From positions 40,101 to 104,100 of the forward strand of contig JAQSDJ010000324.1 of assembly GCA_029945855.1 (NCBI GenBank): a DNA stretch of 64,000 bases, written 5' to 3'. A program made the position numbers and the translations under genes. Below the pieces are notes generated by a model. That model was given only the letters and a program-made list of their open reading frames with translations. It was not told where the DNA came from and searched no databases. Below are positions 50,209 to 60,060 of the stretch, piece by piece (the first letter of the stretch is position 1; every line of letters starts with the position of its first letter). This stretch comes from Lacunisphaera sp. (GTDB lineage Bacteria > Verrucomicrobiota > Verrucomicrobiia > Opitutales > Opitutaceae).

Positions 50209-52173
50209 ATGGCCATTCCCTCCCCCGTGAGAACCCCGATTCGCGCCTTCCAGTGGGATCTTGCGCGGCAGGTTGAGCGGCTGGATTTCCTCAAAGCGCT
50301 CCTGCCCCGGTATGCGGCATGGGGTTACGAGGAACTCTACCTGCACCTTGAGGACGCGGTGCACTACCCCAGCCTGCCGGGCATCGGCCGCGACGATGCC
50401 TACACCTATCAGGAATTGGGCGAGCTCGTGCTGGTCGCGGCGCAGAACGGCATCCGCGTCGTGCCGATCGTCAACCTGCTCGGGCACACCCAGTATCTGA
50501 TCAAGCACCCGGAATGGCGCGACCTGAACGAGCTGCGCGACGAGCGCGGCCGGCCATTGGAAACCGGGCAGATCTGTCCGCTGCATCCACGCACCATGGA
50601 AATCGCGGACAAGCTGCTGCGCGACGTGGCGCCGTATTGCACCGCGGGCAAGATCCACGTCGGCCTCGATGAGTCGTTCCACCTGGGAAAATGCCCGCGC
50701 TGTCGCGAAGAGGTCGCCCGGCTTGGGCTGGGCGGGCATTTCGCCGGGCACGTGAACCGGCTGCACGCGCTGTGCACTTCGCTCAACCTGTCGATGGGCC
50801 TATGGGCGGACATGCTGTATTTCACGCCCGAGGCCATTCCCCTGCTGCCGCGCGGAATCACGGCCTACGACTGGTATTACTACCCGTTCAACCGCAAACC
50901 CCGCGTGGAGTTCTTCAATTTCGCCGAGCGCGACCTGCTGCCCGCGCTGCGGCAGCAAGGCATCGCCTATTACGGCTGCCCGATGAACGGCTCGTTCCGC
51001 CATGAGCCGCTGCCGGTGTTCGGCGACCGGCTGGCCAACATCCGCTCCTGGTGGCAACGCTGCACCGCGGTCAAGGCCGAGGGTTTTCTGGTCACTTCTT
51101 GGGAGCCGCAACGCCTCGCGCTGGAGACGACCACGCTCGTGGATGCGGCCGCGGCCAACCTCTGGCGGGAACCGGACGCGGATGACGCCACCGCGATGCT
51201 GGCCCGCGGACTTGAACGGGTTTTCCCCACCAAGAGCCCGCGCGACCTGGCGCGCACGCTGTTGGCGGCGGACGAATGCGCTTTCGCCGGATACGCCCGC
51301 TGGCAGATCAACGACCGCTGGGATGTCCTGGCCGGCAACGAGGGATTAAAAACCTACGAGCATGAGCGGAAGTTTTTCACGCGGCTCAGCCGGACGAAAC
51401 TGCCGGCGCCGCTGGCCGCCAGCGTGGCGTTCCGGCTTTATCTGGCCGAGCGCGATGTCTTCGTACGGCAGGCGGCCCGGGATGTGTTCAAGCTAAGACG
51501 GATCATCACAAAGGGTAGGGCGAACCGTCCCGGTGAGCCGCGGCTCGGCGGGGAAGCCTCGCCCTACCTGAAGCAGATGCAAGCGACCGCAGCCAATTTT
51601 GCCCTCGCTCTAAAGGCGGGGCGCAAGGCGGCGCAGGCCCTGTGGCGGCAGAGCCGTGATCCGCAGGCTCTAGGCCCGAACGAAGCCGTGCTGGACGTCG
51701 ACGAACGCCGGCTGGCCGACTGGCGGGCGTGGCTGAAGCGCGTCGCCCGAAAGCCGGAGCTGGTGTGGCAGGCGACGCCCGTGTGCGGCGCGTGGCAGCT
51801 GCAGTTCATGGTGCACAACTTCGCCCCGGCGGTGCAGAAGGTGATCGTCGAGCAGCAGGACGAAACCGGCGCCTGGCGCGAACTGGCCGGACGCTTCACC
51901 ATCGAGTTCCGGGCCGCCGCGGCCCGGCCGCACAGCAAGTTGAAGCGGGAATTCACCGTGCCGGCGGATTCATCCGACGCGCAATTGCGCATCGCCGTGC
52001 GCGGCGTGGGCCAGGTGGCGGTCACGCACGCCGTCCTGACCAACGGAGTCGAAAGCCGGCGGTGCCGGACTTACGCGCAAAGAAAAATCCTCGGCCGGCG
52101 GGCCCCGGGCCGGGGCTTTCCGTCGTTTGACTGGACGGGAAACACCGGCGCGGTGATATTGCGTTTCGCCTAA
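50209..52173 (+). CDS. GH20-like (hexosaminidase-type TIM barrel) glycoside hydrolase, no signal peptide
   Basis: QWDLAR, YLHLED, PIVNLLGHTQY, IHVGLDESF (DE catalytic pair), LWADM; extra C-terminal domain. Confidence 0.7.
   Translation: MAIPSPVRTPIRAFQWDLARQVERLDFLKALLPRYAAWGYEELYLHLEDAVHYPSLPGIGRDDAYTYQELGELVLVAAQNGIRVVPIVNLLGHTQYLIKHPEWRDLNELRDERGRPLETGQICPLHPRTMEIADKLLRDVAPYCTAGKIHVGLDESFHLGKCPRCREEVARLGLGGHFAGHVNRLHALCTSLNLSMGLWADMLYFTPEAIPLLPRGITAYDWYYYPFNRKPRVEFFNFAERDLLPALRQQGIAYYGCPMNGSFRHEPLPVFGDRLANIRSWWQRCTAVKAEGFLVTSWEPQRLALETTTLVDAAAANLWREPDADDATAMLARGLERVFPTKSPRDLARTLLAADECAFAGYARWQINDRWDVLAGNEGLKTYEHERKFFTRLSRTKLPAPLAASVAFRLYLAERDVFVRQAARDVFKLRRIITKGRANRPGEPRLGGEASPYLKQMQATAANFALALKAGRKAAQALWRQSRDPQALGPNEAVLDVDERRLADWRAWLKRVARKPELVWQATPVCGAWQLQFMVHNFAPAVQKVIVEQQDETGAWRELAGRFTIEFRAAAARPHSKLKREFTVPADSSDAQLRIAVRGVGQVAVTHAVLTNGVESRRCRTYAQRKILGRRAPGRGFPSFDWTGNTGAVILRFA
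51514..51568. repeat. REP-like doublet, GTAGGGCGA family (copy 3), in frame inside the GH20-like CDS
   Basis: GGTAGGGCGAACCGTCCCGGTGAGCCG-CGGCTCGGCGGGGAAGCCTCGCCCTACC, translated as GRANRPGEPRLGGEASPY. Confidence 0.85.
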
Positions 52174-54086
52174 GGCGCGGCCGTCGGCACGTGCTGCTTG
52201 AGGAAGGCATCGATCCGCTTGTAGAAGGCGATGCGCTTCTCCTCCATGCGGAACCCGTGGCCCTCGTCCTTCTCGATGATCAGCTCGTAGGGCACATTGG
52301 AACGCTTGAGGGCCCGCTCGATGTCATAAGCCTGGTCGATCGTGACCCGGGGGTCGTTTTTGCCGTAGGCCATCAGCAGGGGCACGCGGACGCGTTCGGC
52401 AAAATGCACCGGTGAAGTGTCATGAACACGCTTCCTGTCCGCGCTGTCCCCGGGATTGCCCAACCGGGTATGGCGCCAGTGCATCAGGTCCGCCGGCATC
52501 GCTTTGGGAATGAGATTATTGATGTCCACCACGCCGACGTAATTGATGCCCGCGCAATAGAGTTCCGGAGTGTAGACCAGCCCGGCCATCGTGGCATAGC
52601 CGCCATAGCTCGCGCCGGCGATGAGCACGCGCTTCGGATCGGCCAGTCCCTGATCCACGGCCCATTTCACGCCATCGGAAAGATCGTCCTGCATCTCCAA
52701 CCCCCATTTCTTGAAGCCGGCCGCCTCGAACCATGCGCCGTAGCCACCGGAGCCGCGAAAATTGATCTGCAGGACGGCGTAGCCGCGATTGGCGTAGAAC
52801 TGCACTTCCGGATCGTAGCCCCACATGTCGCGTGGACCGTAGGGGCCGCCATGCGGATGGATGATGAGCGGCAGGTTCTTCGCATCGCGCCCGACCGGGA
52901 GGGTCAGGTAACCGTGCAGCGTGAGGCCGTCGCGGGCCTTGAAGACGACCGGCTTCTTCGGCGCCATCTGCGCGGGGTCGATAGCCGGCTTGATGACGGC
53001 GAGTTCGCTGACCTGCTGGCGCTTCCGGTCATAGATATAAAAAACCCCGGGATCGCGGTCGCTATAGGAATAGAAAATGATCTTGGAGCCATCCTCGGCG
53101 AACTGCACGGGCTGGTGCACCGTGTCGGGCAGCGCCTTTTCCATGCGGCCGTGAATCGCCTTCATCTCCTCATCGAGCCAGTGGAAGCGGCGGCGGTCGG
53201 CCTCATACTGGATACCGACGACCTTGTCTTTGGATTCATCATAGATGATCGCATTCACATCGTCGGTGTGGATGTCGTAGGTGTCGTCGGCGAAGACCAG
53301 TTCGCCCATGGTTTTCGTGGCCGTGTCGTAGCGGTAGATCGCCCGGGTCTTGCGCCCGATGTCGGAAGAGACAAAGAGCGTTCGATTGTCGCCGTCGAAG
53401 GCGATGGGCGTCCAACCCTCGTGATCGAACGGGTAGGATGTGAGCTCCTGCCATTCCTCCAGGTTGGCGTCGCGATACAGCACCTTGTTGATTTTAGTCA
53501 CGTTGTCGGAAACCATCGCCACCCGGACGACGTTTTTGTGGTCGATCACGTAGTCTTCCACATTGCCGGGTGCCCGGGCAATCGGCGGCGACAACTTGCC
53601 GGTCTTTAGATTCATGAGAGCTACGTCCCACCAGGTCCGGTAGGTGATACCGGCCAGCACGAGAAAATTCTTCGGATCATCGGGCAGTCTTTTCTTCAGG
53701 CGGACCGACCGGTCAAACGGCAGGGTCACTGCTTCCGAACCGTCCGGATTGACGGCATAGATCTGAAACTGCTCCTTCCCCTTGTCATCCACCCCGAAAA
53801 GGATGCGATTGTCACTGGCCCAAAAGGGCGAAGTCGCCTGCTGGTCCTTGAAGCTGCTCAGCAGGTTCTTGGCGCCCTTTTCCAGGTCGATGACCGCGAG
53901 GTTCTGCCGTCGCTCGTAGGGAACGAGGCAGAGGACTTTCTTGCCGTCCGGGGAGAACTCCAGGTTGGAGATCGTGGGGTTCTGGAACAGGGTCTCGACC
54001 GGGATCTCTGGGGGGACCGCCGGGGCGGCCGAAACCGTGAGCGCGAGCGCTCCGGCGGCGACAATTGTAGCGAGGGTGATTTTCAT
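52170..54086 (-). CDS. Exported S9-family (prolyl oligopeptidase-like) peptidase
   Basis: Signal peptide, PHGGP, NFRGSGGYG, GASYGG nucleophile, NDPRV, EGHGF. Confidence 0.95.
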   Translation of the reverse strand: MKITLATIVAAGALALTVSAAPAVPPEIPVETLFQNPTISNLEFSPDGKKVLCLVPYERRQNLAVIDLEKGAKNLLSSFKDQQATSPFWASDNRILFGVDDKGKEQFQIYAVNPDGSEAVTLPFDRSVRLKKRLPDDPKNFLVLAGITYRTWWDVALMNLKTGKLSPPIARAPGNVEDYVIDHKNVVRVAMVSDNVTKINKVLYRDANLEEWQELTSYPFDHEGWTPIAFDGDNRTLFVSSDIGRKTRAIYRYDTATKTMGELVFADDTYDIHTDDVNAIIYDESKDKVVGIQYEADRRRFHWLDEEMKAIHGRMEKALPDTVHQPVQFAEDGSKIIFYSYSDRDPGVFYIYDRKRQQVSELAVIKPAIDPAQMAPKKPVVFKARDGLTLHGYLTLPVGRDAKNLPLIIHPHGGPYGPRDMWGYDPEVQFYANRGYAVLQINFRGSGGYGAWFEAAGFKKWGLEMQDDLSDGVKWAVDQGLADPKRVLIAGASYGGYATMAGLVYTPELYCAGINYVGVVDINNLIPKAMPADLMHWRHTRLGNPGDSADRKRVHDTSPVHFAERVRVPLLMAYGKNDPRVTIDQAYDIERALKRSNVPYELIIEKDEGHGFRMEEKRIAFYKRIDAFLKQHVPTAAP

Positions 54087-54136
54087 CAGTGTGTTGGAGA
54101 ATGAATCAATGGGTCCGCGACCAAATAGTCAGCCGC

Positions 54137-54167
54137 AAAAAAACGGGCTCCCCGTGAGGGAAGCCCG
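54137..54167 (-). terminator. Intrinsic terminator after TBDR 3
   Basis: CGGGCT..AGCCCG stem plus a T7 tract on the minus strand. Confidence 0.7.
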
Positions 54168-54193
54168 TGGAAGTTTTCTGCTGGTCAGTTCGC

Positions 54194-56851
54194 TTAGAAT
54201 TCCTTGCGGACGCGAACGTAGATGAAGCGGCCCATGGCGCCGGCGCCGTAGGTGTTCGGATCAAAGCTCGCCGTGTCGTAGCCGTTGAACGGCGGCAATT
54301 TGTCGAGGAGGTTGTTCACGCCGACGGTGAGCGTCGCGCCGAGGAAGCCACGGTAGCTGAAGGAACCCGAGAAAAGGGTGTAGGCACCCTCGTCCCAGCC
54401 CGCCGCCGTGTAGCCATCGTTGAAGTATTTGCCGATGTAGTCGGCCCCGAGCGAGGCGCCGTAAACCTTATAGCGCCAGCTCACGCTGGCCGTGCCGCGC
54501 CACTTCGGGTTGTTGTAGAGACCGACGTTGTCGAAGTAACCACCGCCCAAGCCGGAATCGGAACCGATCTCCAGGATGCGGGTGGCTTCGGCGTTGAAGA
54601 TGTAGTCGCCGAAGCGGGTGTTGTTCAGGCGGTAGTTCACGCCGACATCAAAGCCGCGGTAGATCTGCAAGGCCGCAGGATTGTTCGAGGGCACGGAATC
54701 GATGCGGGTGATCGGGCCGTCGGCGCCGTCACGCACGATGGCGTTCGGGAACTGGATGCGACCCTGCTCGGAGAGCAGGAAGTTCGCGCTCGGGGTCACG
54801 ATGACCTGGTTGATGCGGAACTTGAAGTAGTCGACGTTGATCGAGAAGTTCTTGATGCCGCCGATGTCTTCCACCACGACGCCGTAGTAATTGCTCTCGG
54901 CGGTCTCGGGCAGCAGGTTCGGATTGCCACCGGTGACGATGCGCTGTTGCTGCGGGGGATCCTGCAGCCGGAGCGGGTCCTGCAGCACGGTGGAGGAGAA
55001 GCCGATGGTCTGGGAGGCGTAGAGCAGGCCGAGCGCGGGCGCCTGGAAGGACTCGGAATACGAGCCACGGAGGAGCACGCTGGCGAACTTCGTCTTCGGG
55101 AGGGTGACCTTTGCGGCGATCTTGGGCTTGGTCGTGTTGCCGAAGTCGCTGTAGCGTTCATGGCGGACCGCACCCTGCAGTTCGAGGAACTTGGTGATGG
55201 GGGCGGTGACTTCCGCGTAGAACGAGGACACCTCGCGCCGGCCGGTGAGCGGGAGACCGCCGCCGGAGCCGAGGTAGGGGGCGGTGTCGGGATTGGTGAC
55301 GAGTTCTTCCTTGCGATACTCAGCCCCGGCCGCGAAGCCGAGTTCACCGGCCGGCAGGTCATAGAGCGAGCCGGAGACGTTGGCGTCAAAGGTGGTGTTC
55401 TCCGCGCGGTTGGAAGCGGTGGAGGTGGTGAACAGGGCGTTGGCGAGGTTCGGGTTCGAGGACGGGCCGAACGGGTTGAAGAACGAACCGACGAACCCGG
55501 TGAGCGTGCCGTTCAAGGCCGACTGGAAGGTCGAGGCGCGGATGGCATTGCGCGAGATCGTGGTCACGCGGTTCATGCCGTAGGAGGCGGCGGCCTCCCA
55601 GTCCCACTTCTGCATGACCGTGCCCTTGAGGCCGACGATGGCGTTGGCGGCCAGCGACTCGGTGTCAAACTTGCGGACGGGGCCGAAGCTGGTGCGGGCC
55701 AGGAGCGTCGTCACGGCAATGCCGAACGGATTGTAGGGGCTGTTGGCCGGCAGGGAGAGACCTTCCGTCGGGAAGTTGATCACGCCCGGGGTGAACGCGT
55801 AGAACGTGAAGTTGTCGCTGTAGGTGAACTTGGCGAAGGCCTTCAGGTTCTCGTTGATGTCATGTTCAATCTCGGTGAAGGCGCTGTTGTAGAAGTAGGC
55901 CGGATAGCGCTGGTAGGTCTGCACGAAATCGTAGCGGTTCACGTTGGTGACCGCCGTGACGCGGCTGAAGTCGCCGAGCGTCGGGCTGGCGAGGAGGGTG
56001 CCGCCGTTGACCACGAGGGTGCCGCTGGCCGGCAGGCCGAGCTGGGTGCCGAGGGCGGCGTTGATCGTGATGTTCGCCGGGAAGTTCAGCGAAGAGTTCT
56101 GGTTGATGCCGCGGCCGCTGGCGCTGTAGTCGGTGCTCTTGATGTCGTAGTCGCGCAGGAAGTTCGAGTTCGAGCTCTTGAAGTCGAGCGCGGTCATGAT
56201 GCGGGTCTTGCCGGTGCCGCTGCCGGCCACGAGGCTGACCTGCTGGGTGCCGGTGTCATGGCCCTGGGTGTTGCCGTAGTAACCGCTCAGGGACAGGCCG
56301 GAGTAGTTCTTCTTCAGCTTGATGTTGAGCACACCGGTGATGGCGTCGGAACCGTAGATGGCGGAGGCACCGTCCTTCAGGAACTCGACGCTGTCGATCG
56401 CGGCGGCCGGGAGGCTGTTGAAGTCAAACACGGAGCGGTTGCCGCTGTTCGTGAGCGCGTAGGGGACCGCCCGGCGGCCGTCAATCAGCGTCAGGAAGCG
56501 CTGTGAACCGAGACCGCGGACATTGGTCGTCGCGGCGCCGCGCAGGAAGCTGGCGGTCTGGTAGATCGAATTGGCCGCGCCGGTGTTGAACGGCAGGCTC
56601 TGGATGAAATCACCAATGTTGGTGTAACCCTTGGCCTCGATGTCCGCCGCGCTGTAAGCGACTACGGGGGCCGGGGTCTCGATGTCGCGGCGCATGATGC
56701 GCGAACCCGTGACCGAGAATTTCTCGAGCGTGACCGTATCGTCTTTCTTTTCGGTAGCAGCGGTGTCTTGCGCCACTGCGGTGCTGATCAGGCCGAGGCT
56801 CGCGACCAAGGAAAGCGCGGCCAGCCAATTCCTTACGGAATACATGTTCAT
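54194..56851 (-). CDS. TonB-dependent receptor (type B)
   Basis: TLEKFSVTGSRIMRR, LKDGASAIYGSDAITGV, C-terminal RKEF. Confidence 0.95.
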   Translation of the reverse strand: MNMYSVRNWLAALSLVASLGLISTAVAQDTAATEKKDDTVTLEKFSVTGSRIMRRDIETPAPVVAYSAADIEAKGYTNIGDFIQSLPFNTGAANSIYQTASFLRGAATTNVRGLGSQRFLTLIDGRRAVPYALTNSGNRSVFDFNSLPAAAIDSVEFLKDGASAIYGSDAITGVLNIKLKKNYSGLSLSGYYGNTQGHDTGTQQVSLVAGSGTGKTRIMTALDFKSSNSNFLRDYDIKSTDYSASGRGINQNSSLNFPANITINAALGTQLGLPASGTLVVNGGTLLASPTLGDFSRVTAVTNVNRYDFVQTYQRYPAYFYNSAFTEIEHDINENLKAFAKFTYSDNFTFYAFTPGVINFPTEGLSLPANSPYNPFGIAVTTLLARTSFGPVRKFDTESLAANAIVGLKGTVMQKWDWEAAASYGMNRVTTISRNAIRASTFQSALNGTLTGFVGSFFNPFGPSSNPNLANALFTTSTASNRAENTTFDANVSGSLYDLPAGELGFAAGAEYRKEELVTNPDTAPYLGSGGGLPLTGRREVSSFYAEVTAPITKFLELQGAVRHERYSDFGNTTKPKIAAKVTLPKTKFASVLLRGSYSESFQAPALGLLYASQTIGFSSTVLQDPLRLQDPPQQQRIVTGGNPNLLPETAESNYYGVVVEDIGGIKNFSINVDYFKFRINQVIVTPSANFLLSEQGRIQFPNAIVRDGADGPITRIDSVPSNNPAALQIYRGFDVGVNYRLNNTRFGDYIFNAEATRILEIGSDSGLGGGYFDNVGLYNNPKWRGTASVSWRYKVYGASLGADYIGKYFNDGYTAAGWDEGAYTLFSGSFSYRGFLGATLTVGVNNLLDKLPPFNGYDTASFDPNTYGAGAMGRFIYVRVRKEF

Positions 56852-57013
56852 AGTTTGGTTTGTGTTGTGTTGACTGACTGACCGCGGAAAAAACGCGGTC
56901 CTCTGACTAGGTTCGGCGACTAGACATGCCGGTGTGGGGAGTATCAAGCAAATAATCCGGCCGGCCAAATCCCGGCGGGCCAGCCTTTAGTGGCGGAATC
57001 CGTCGCCCCTCCC

Positions 57014-57047
57014 AAGAAAAAGGCGGCCCGGGTGACCGGGCCGCCTT
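57014..57047 (-). terminator. Intrinsic terminator after TBDR 4
   Basis: GGCGGCCCGG-GTGA-CCGGGCCGCC perfect stem plus a T-tract. Confidence 0.85.
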
Positions 57048-57072
57048 GAAGCTGAAACAGGACGGGACGTGC

Positions 57073-59856
57073 TTAGAACTTGAAGCGGACGTCCATGAAG
57101 ATCAACCGACCGATCGGATTATAGGTCGAGATGTCGCCATTGGACTCGGTGAACGTGCTGCCGGCCATCGGCATGGCTTCGTTGAGCACGTTGTTGGCGC
57201 CGATGCGGACGGTCGCGCCACTGAGCATCTTCCACTCCGAACCGAAGGTATACGAACCCGAGATATCGAAGGAGTGGTAGGCCTCGACTTGGGTGTCAAA
57301 GGCAACATCCGTTTCCGCCGGGTCGGCGCTGGCGTCATCCACCGAGGGAATATAGGTCCAGCCGAGGGTGCCGCGCCACTTGCCGCGGCTCCAGTTCACC
57401 GACGTGTAGGTCTGCCACTTGGCGATGGTGCCGTTGAAGTTCGTGGCATAGCCGGCCGTCTCGAACTCAGGCTCGCTCGGGAGGGTCTGGGCGATGTATT
57501 TGTCGTAGTAGGTGCCGGCGAGGCTCATGTCGAACTTGCCCAGAGCGTCCGAGTTCCAGGTGTAATCCACCTTCATGTCGATACCCGCCAGGTGCTGCTG
57601 GGCGATGTTGACCAGCGTGTCCGTGACGTAGATGTCGTCGATCGAACGGTTGCCGATCTGGCCGGCGGCCGTGATCTTGGCGCCGTTGACGAATTGCGAG
57701 GTGTCGCTGGCGGGCCCGATGCGGACGAAATTGGCATAGGCCGAGGCGGTGCCGAGCAGTTCCACGTCCTGCAGGATGGTCTCCGAACCGATGGTGGAGA
57801 TCAGGTCGGTCTGCTTGATGTCGAAGTAGTCCAGCGTGAGGGACAGGCCCTTGACGGCCTTGGGCGACCAGACGAAGCCGAAGGTGTAGTTCTTCGAGCG
57901 GGAAGGCAGCAGGTTCGGGTTGGCGCCGGAACGGGCATTGGCCTGGCCGACGATACGCGCACCGCCACCCAGGCGGGCCAGGCTCAGGGAGTCGGTGAAG
58001 CCGATGCCACCGGGCCCGAACAGGTTGAACAACGTGGGTGCCGAGAAGGATTTCGAATAGGTCGCGCGCACGGCGAACTGGTCGTCCACCGGCAGCCAGC
58101 GGAGCGAGAACTTCGGCACGAGCGGGTCGTCAGTGTCGCTGTAGATTTCCTTGCGGGCGGCCATCTGGAGCTCGAGGAGGTGGGCGCCCGTCTTGTGGTC
58201 GTCGCCGCCGAAGATCGGAATGCGCACCTCGGCGAACGCCGACTTGATGTTGCGGCCGGAATTGAACGGATCGAGGGTCGTCGCCGAGTCCCAGCTGAAG
58301 GTGGCGGACTGACTGCCGCGGTCGGCCGTCTGGTTCAGCGTCTCCTCACGGTATTCCACGCCGGCGGCGAAACCGAGCGGGCCGGCGGGGAGGTCGAAGA
58401 CCTCGCCCGTCACGCGGGCGTCGTAGGTCAGCAGGGTGGAGGTGGAGGTGCCGAGGGCCGTGCCGAACATGCCGGAGGACTCGACCGCGCCAGCCGCCTG
58501 CTGGCGGGCGAAGTAGTTGATCTGACCGGCGGCCACCACGGCGACACGGGTCGCGGTGTCGATCACGCCTTCGTTGCGGTATTGCTGCTTGATGATGTTC
58601 TTGTTGGCGCCGGTTTCCCAGGTGTAGCCGTTGCCGAAGGAACCGCGCAGACCGAGCACGCCGCGGAGGCTGTCCGTGTCGTAGTAGTATTGGCGGGGAT
58701 GGTCGACGAAGCGGTTGCGCGCGCGCGCGGCCACGTCAAACGGGTTGAGCGGGTGGGTGGCCGGGGCGGTGGTGTTGGTCGGCTGGGCGTTCAGTTGGGA
58801 GAACGTGCCCGTCTGCGTGTAGAGCATGTCGCCGAACAGGGTCATCGAATCGTTCACCTTGTGCTCGAAATTCAGCGTGACGCTCTTGCGCTCGTTGCGG
58901 AGCAGCACCGTGACCGCATTGGCGAGATTGAACGAATACTTGCCGTCGGCGCCGTAGAGCGGGCCAAAGGTGAGGGCCGTCTGGTTGACCGGAATGTAGA
59001 TGCCAGCAGCGACCAGGGCGGCAACCGACTGGTGCGTGCCGGTCGGGGGCGCATTGAGGCCGGGCTTCAGGACGTAGAACTGGCCGGCGATGTCGACGAC
59101 ACCAGCGAAGCTGGGGGTGCCGTAGGCCGGATTGCTGAAACTGCGCTCGAACTGCCAGAGCGGATCAGCGGAGGACCACTCGGCCGCCATCGTGATCGAG
59201 GTCTTCTCGGTGCCCGTGCCGCCGACGACGGAGAACTTGCGCTGGGCATACTTGCCCTGGTTATCGGTGAAGCCGTAGTAGCCATTCACCTCAAAGCCCT
59301 TGTAGTCATGCTTGAGGATGATGTTCACCACGCCGGAGACCGCGTCCGTGCCGTAGAGGGCGGAGGCGCCGTCCTGCAGGATCTCGATGCGCTCGATGGC
59401 GGAGACCGGGATCAGGTTGACGTCGACATACTGGAAGCCACCGGACGACAGGATCGGGGCATACGCCGCGCGCCGGCCGTTGATGAGCACCAGAGTCTGC
59501 GTGTTGCGGAAGGCCAGAGCCGAACCGCCACCCGTCGAACCGCTGGAAATATTGGCGTTCGAGTTGCCCAAGTTGCCGTTGCCGCTGAACTGCGGGGCGG
59601 CCTTGCGCAGGATCTCAAGCACGTTGGTGGTAACACCGGTGTCCTCGATGGCCTGGGCATTCAGGACCGTGACCGGGATGGCGGTGGAAATGCCGGCCAT
59701 CGGGATGTAGGAACCCGTAACGACAAACTTGTCGAGTTTCAGCGCCTGAGCACTGGCTGCGGGCTGCTGGGCAAAAGCGGCGGAGGCCGCGAACAGTGAA
59801 AGCCCGACGCCAAGCAGCGCCAAAGGCTTCCGTAGACTTACGGAGCTATTGTTCAT
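57073..59856 (-). CDS. TonB-dependent receptor (type A)
   Basis: KLDKFVVTGSYIPMA, LINGRR..QDGASALYGTDAVSGV, C-terminal RFKF. Confidence 0.95.
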   Translation of the reverse strand: MNNSSVSLRKPLALLGVGLSLFAASAAFAQQPAASAQALKLDKFVVTGSYIPMAGISTAIPVTVLNAQAIEDTGVTTNVLEILRKAAPQFSGNGNLGNSNANISSGSTGGGSALAFRNTQTLVLINGRRAAYAPILSSGGFQYVDVNLIPVSAIERIEILQDGASALYGTDAVSGVVNIILKHDYKGFEVNGYYGFTDNQGKYAQRKFSVVGGTGTEKTSITMAAEWSSADPLWQFERSFSNPAYGTPSFAGVVDIAGQFYVLKPGLNAPPTGTHQSVAALVAAGIYIPVNQTALTFGPLYGADGKYSFNLANAVTVLLRNERKSVTLNFEHKVNDSMTLFGDMLYTQTGTFSQLNAQPTNTTAPATHPLNPFDVAARARNRFVDHPRQYYYDTDSLRGVLGLRGSFGNGYTWETGANKNIIKQQYRNEGVIDTATRVAVVAAGQINYFARQQAAGAVESSGMFGTALGTSTSTLLTYDARVTGEVFDLPAGPLGFAAGVEYREETLNQTADRGSQSATFSWDSATTLDPFNSGRNIKSAFAEVRIPIFGGDDHKTGAHLLELQMAARKEIYSDTDDPLVPKFSLRWLPVDDQFAVRATYSKSFSAPTLFNLFGPGGIGFTDSLSLARLGGGARIVGQANARSGANPNLLPSRSKNYTFGFVWSPKAVKGLSLTLDYFDIKQTDLISTIGSETILQDVELLGTASAYANFVRIGPASDTSQFVNGAKITAAGQIGNRSIDDIYVTDTLVNIAQQHLAGIDMKVDYTWNSDALGKFDMSLAGTYYDKYIAQTLPSEPEFETAGYATNFNGTIAKWQTYTSVNWSRGKWRGTLGWTYIPSVDDASADPAETDVAFDTQVEAYHSFDISGSYTFGSEWKMLSGATVRIGANNVLNEAMPMAGSTFTESNGDISTYNPIGRLIFMDVRFKF

Positions 59857-60060
59857 AGTTCTAGTGTGTGTTGTGTTAGTAAGAAACCACCAGCTGACCG
59901 GCTAATTTCTTGCGGCGGATGCTGCATTTTCAGCGCCGAGTATCAATGATTATTCTCGACGTTGTAAAAACCGGCCGGTTAGACGGCGACCTGATGGCCG
60001 GCCCAAGCGGAACTTTTAGTCCGTTTGACTCGGACCCTTTGTCCGCCAATCTGCGGGGCC

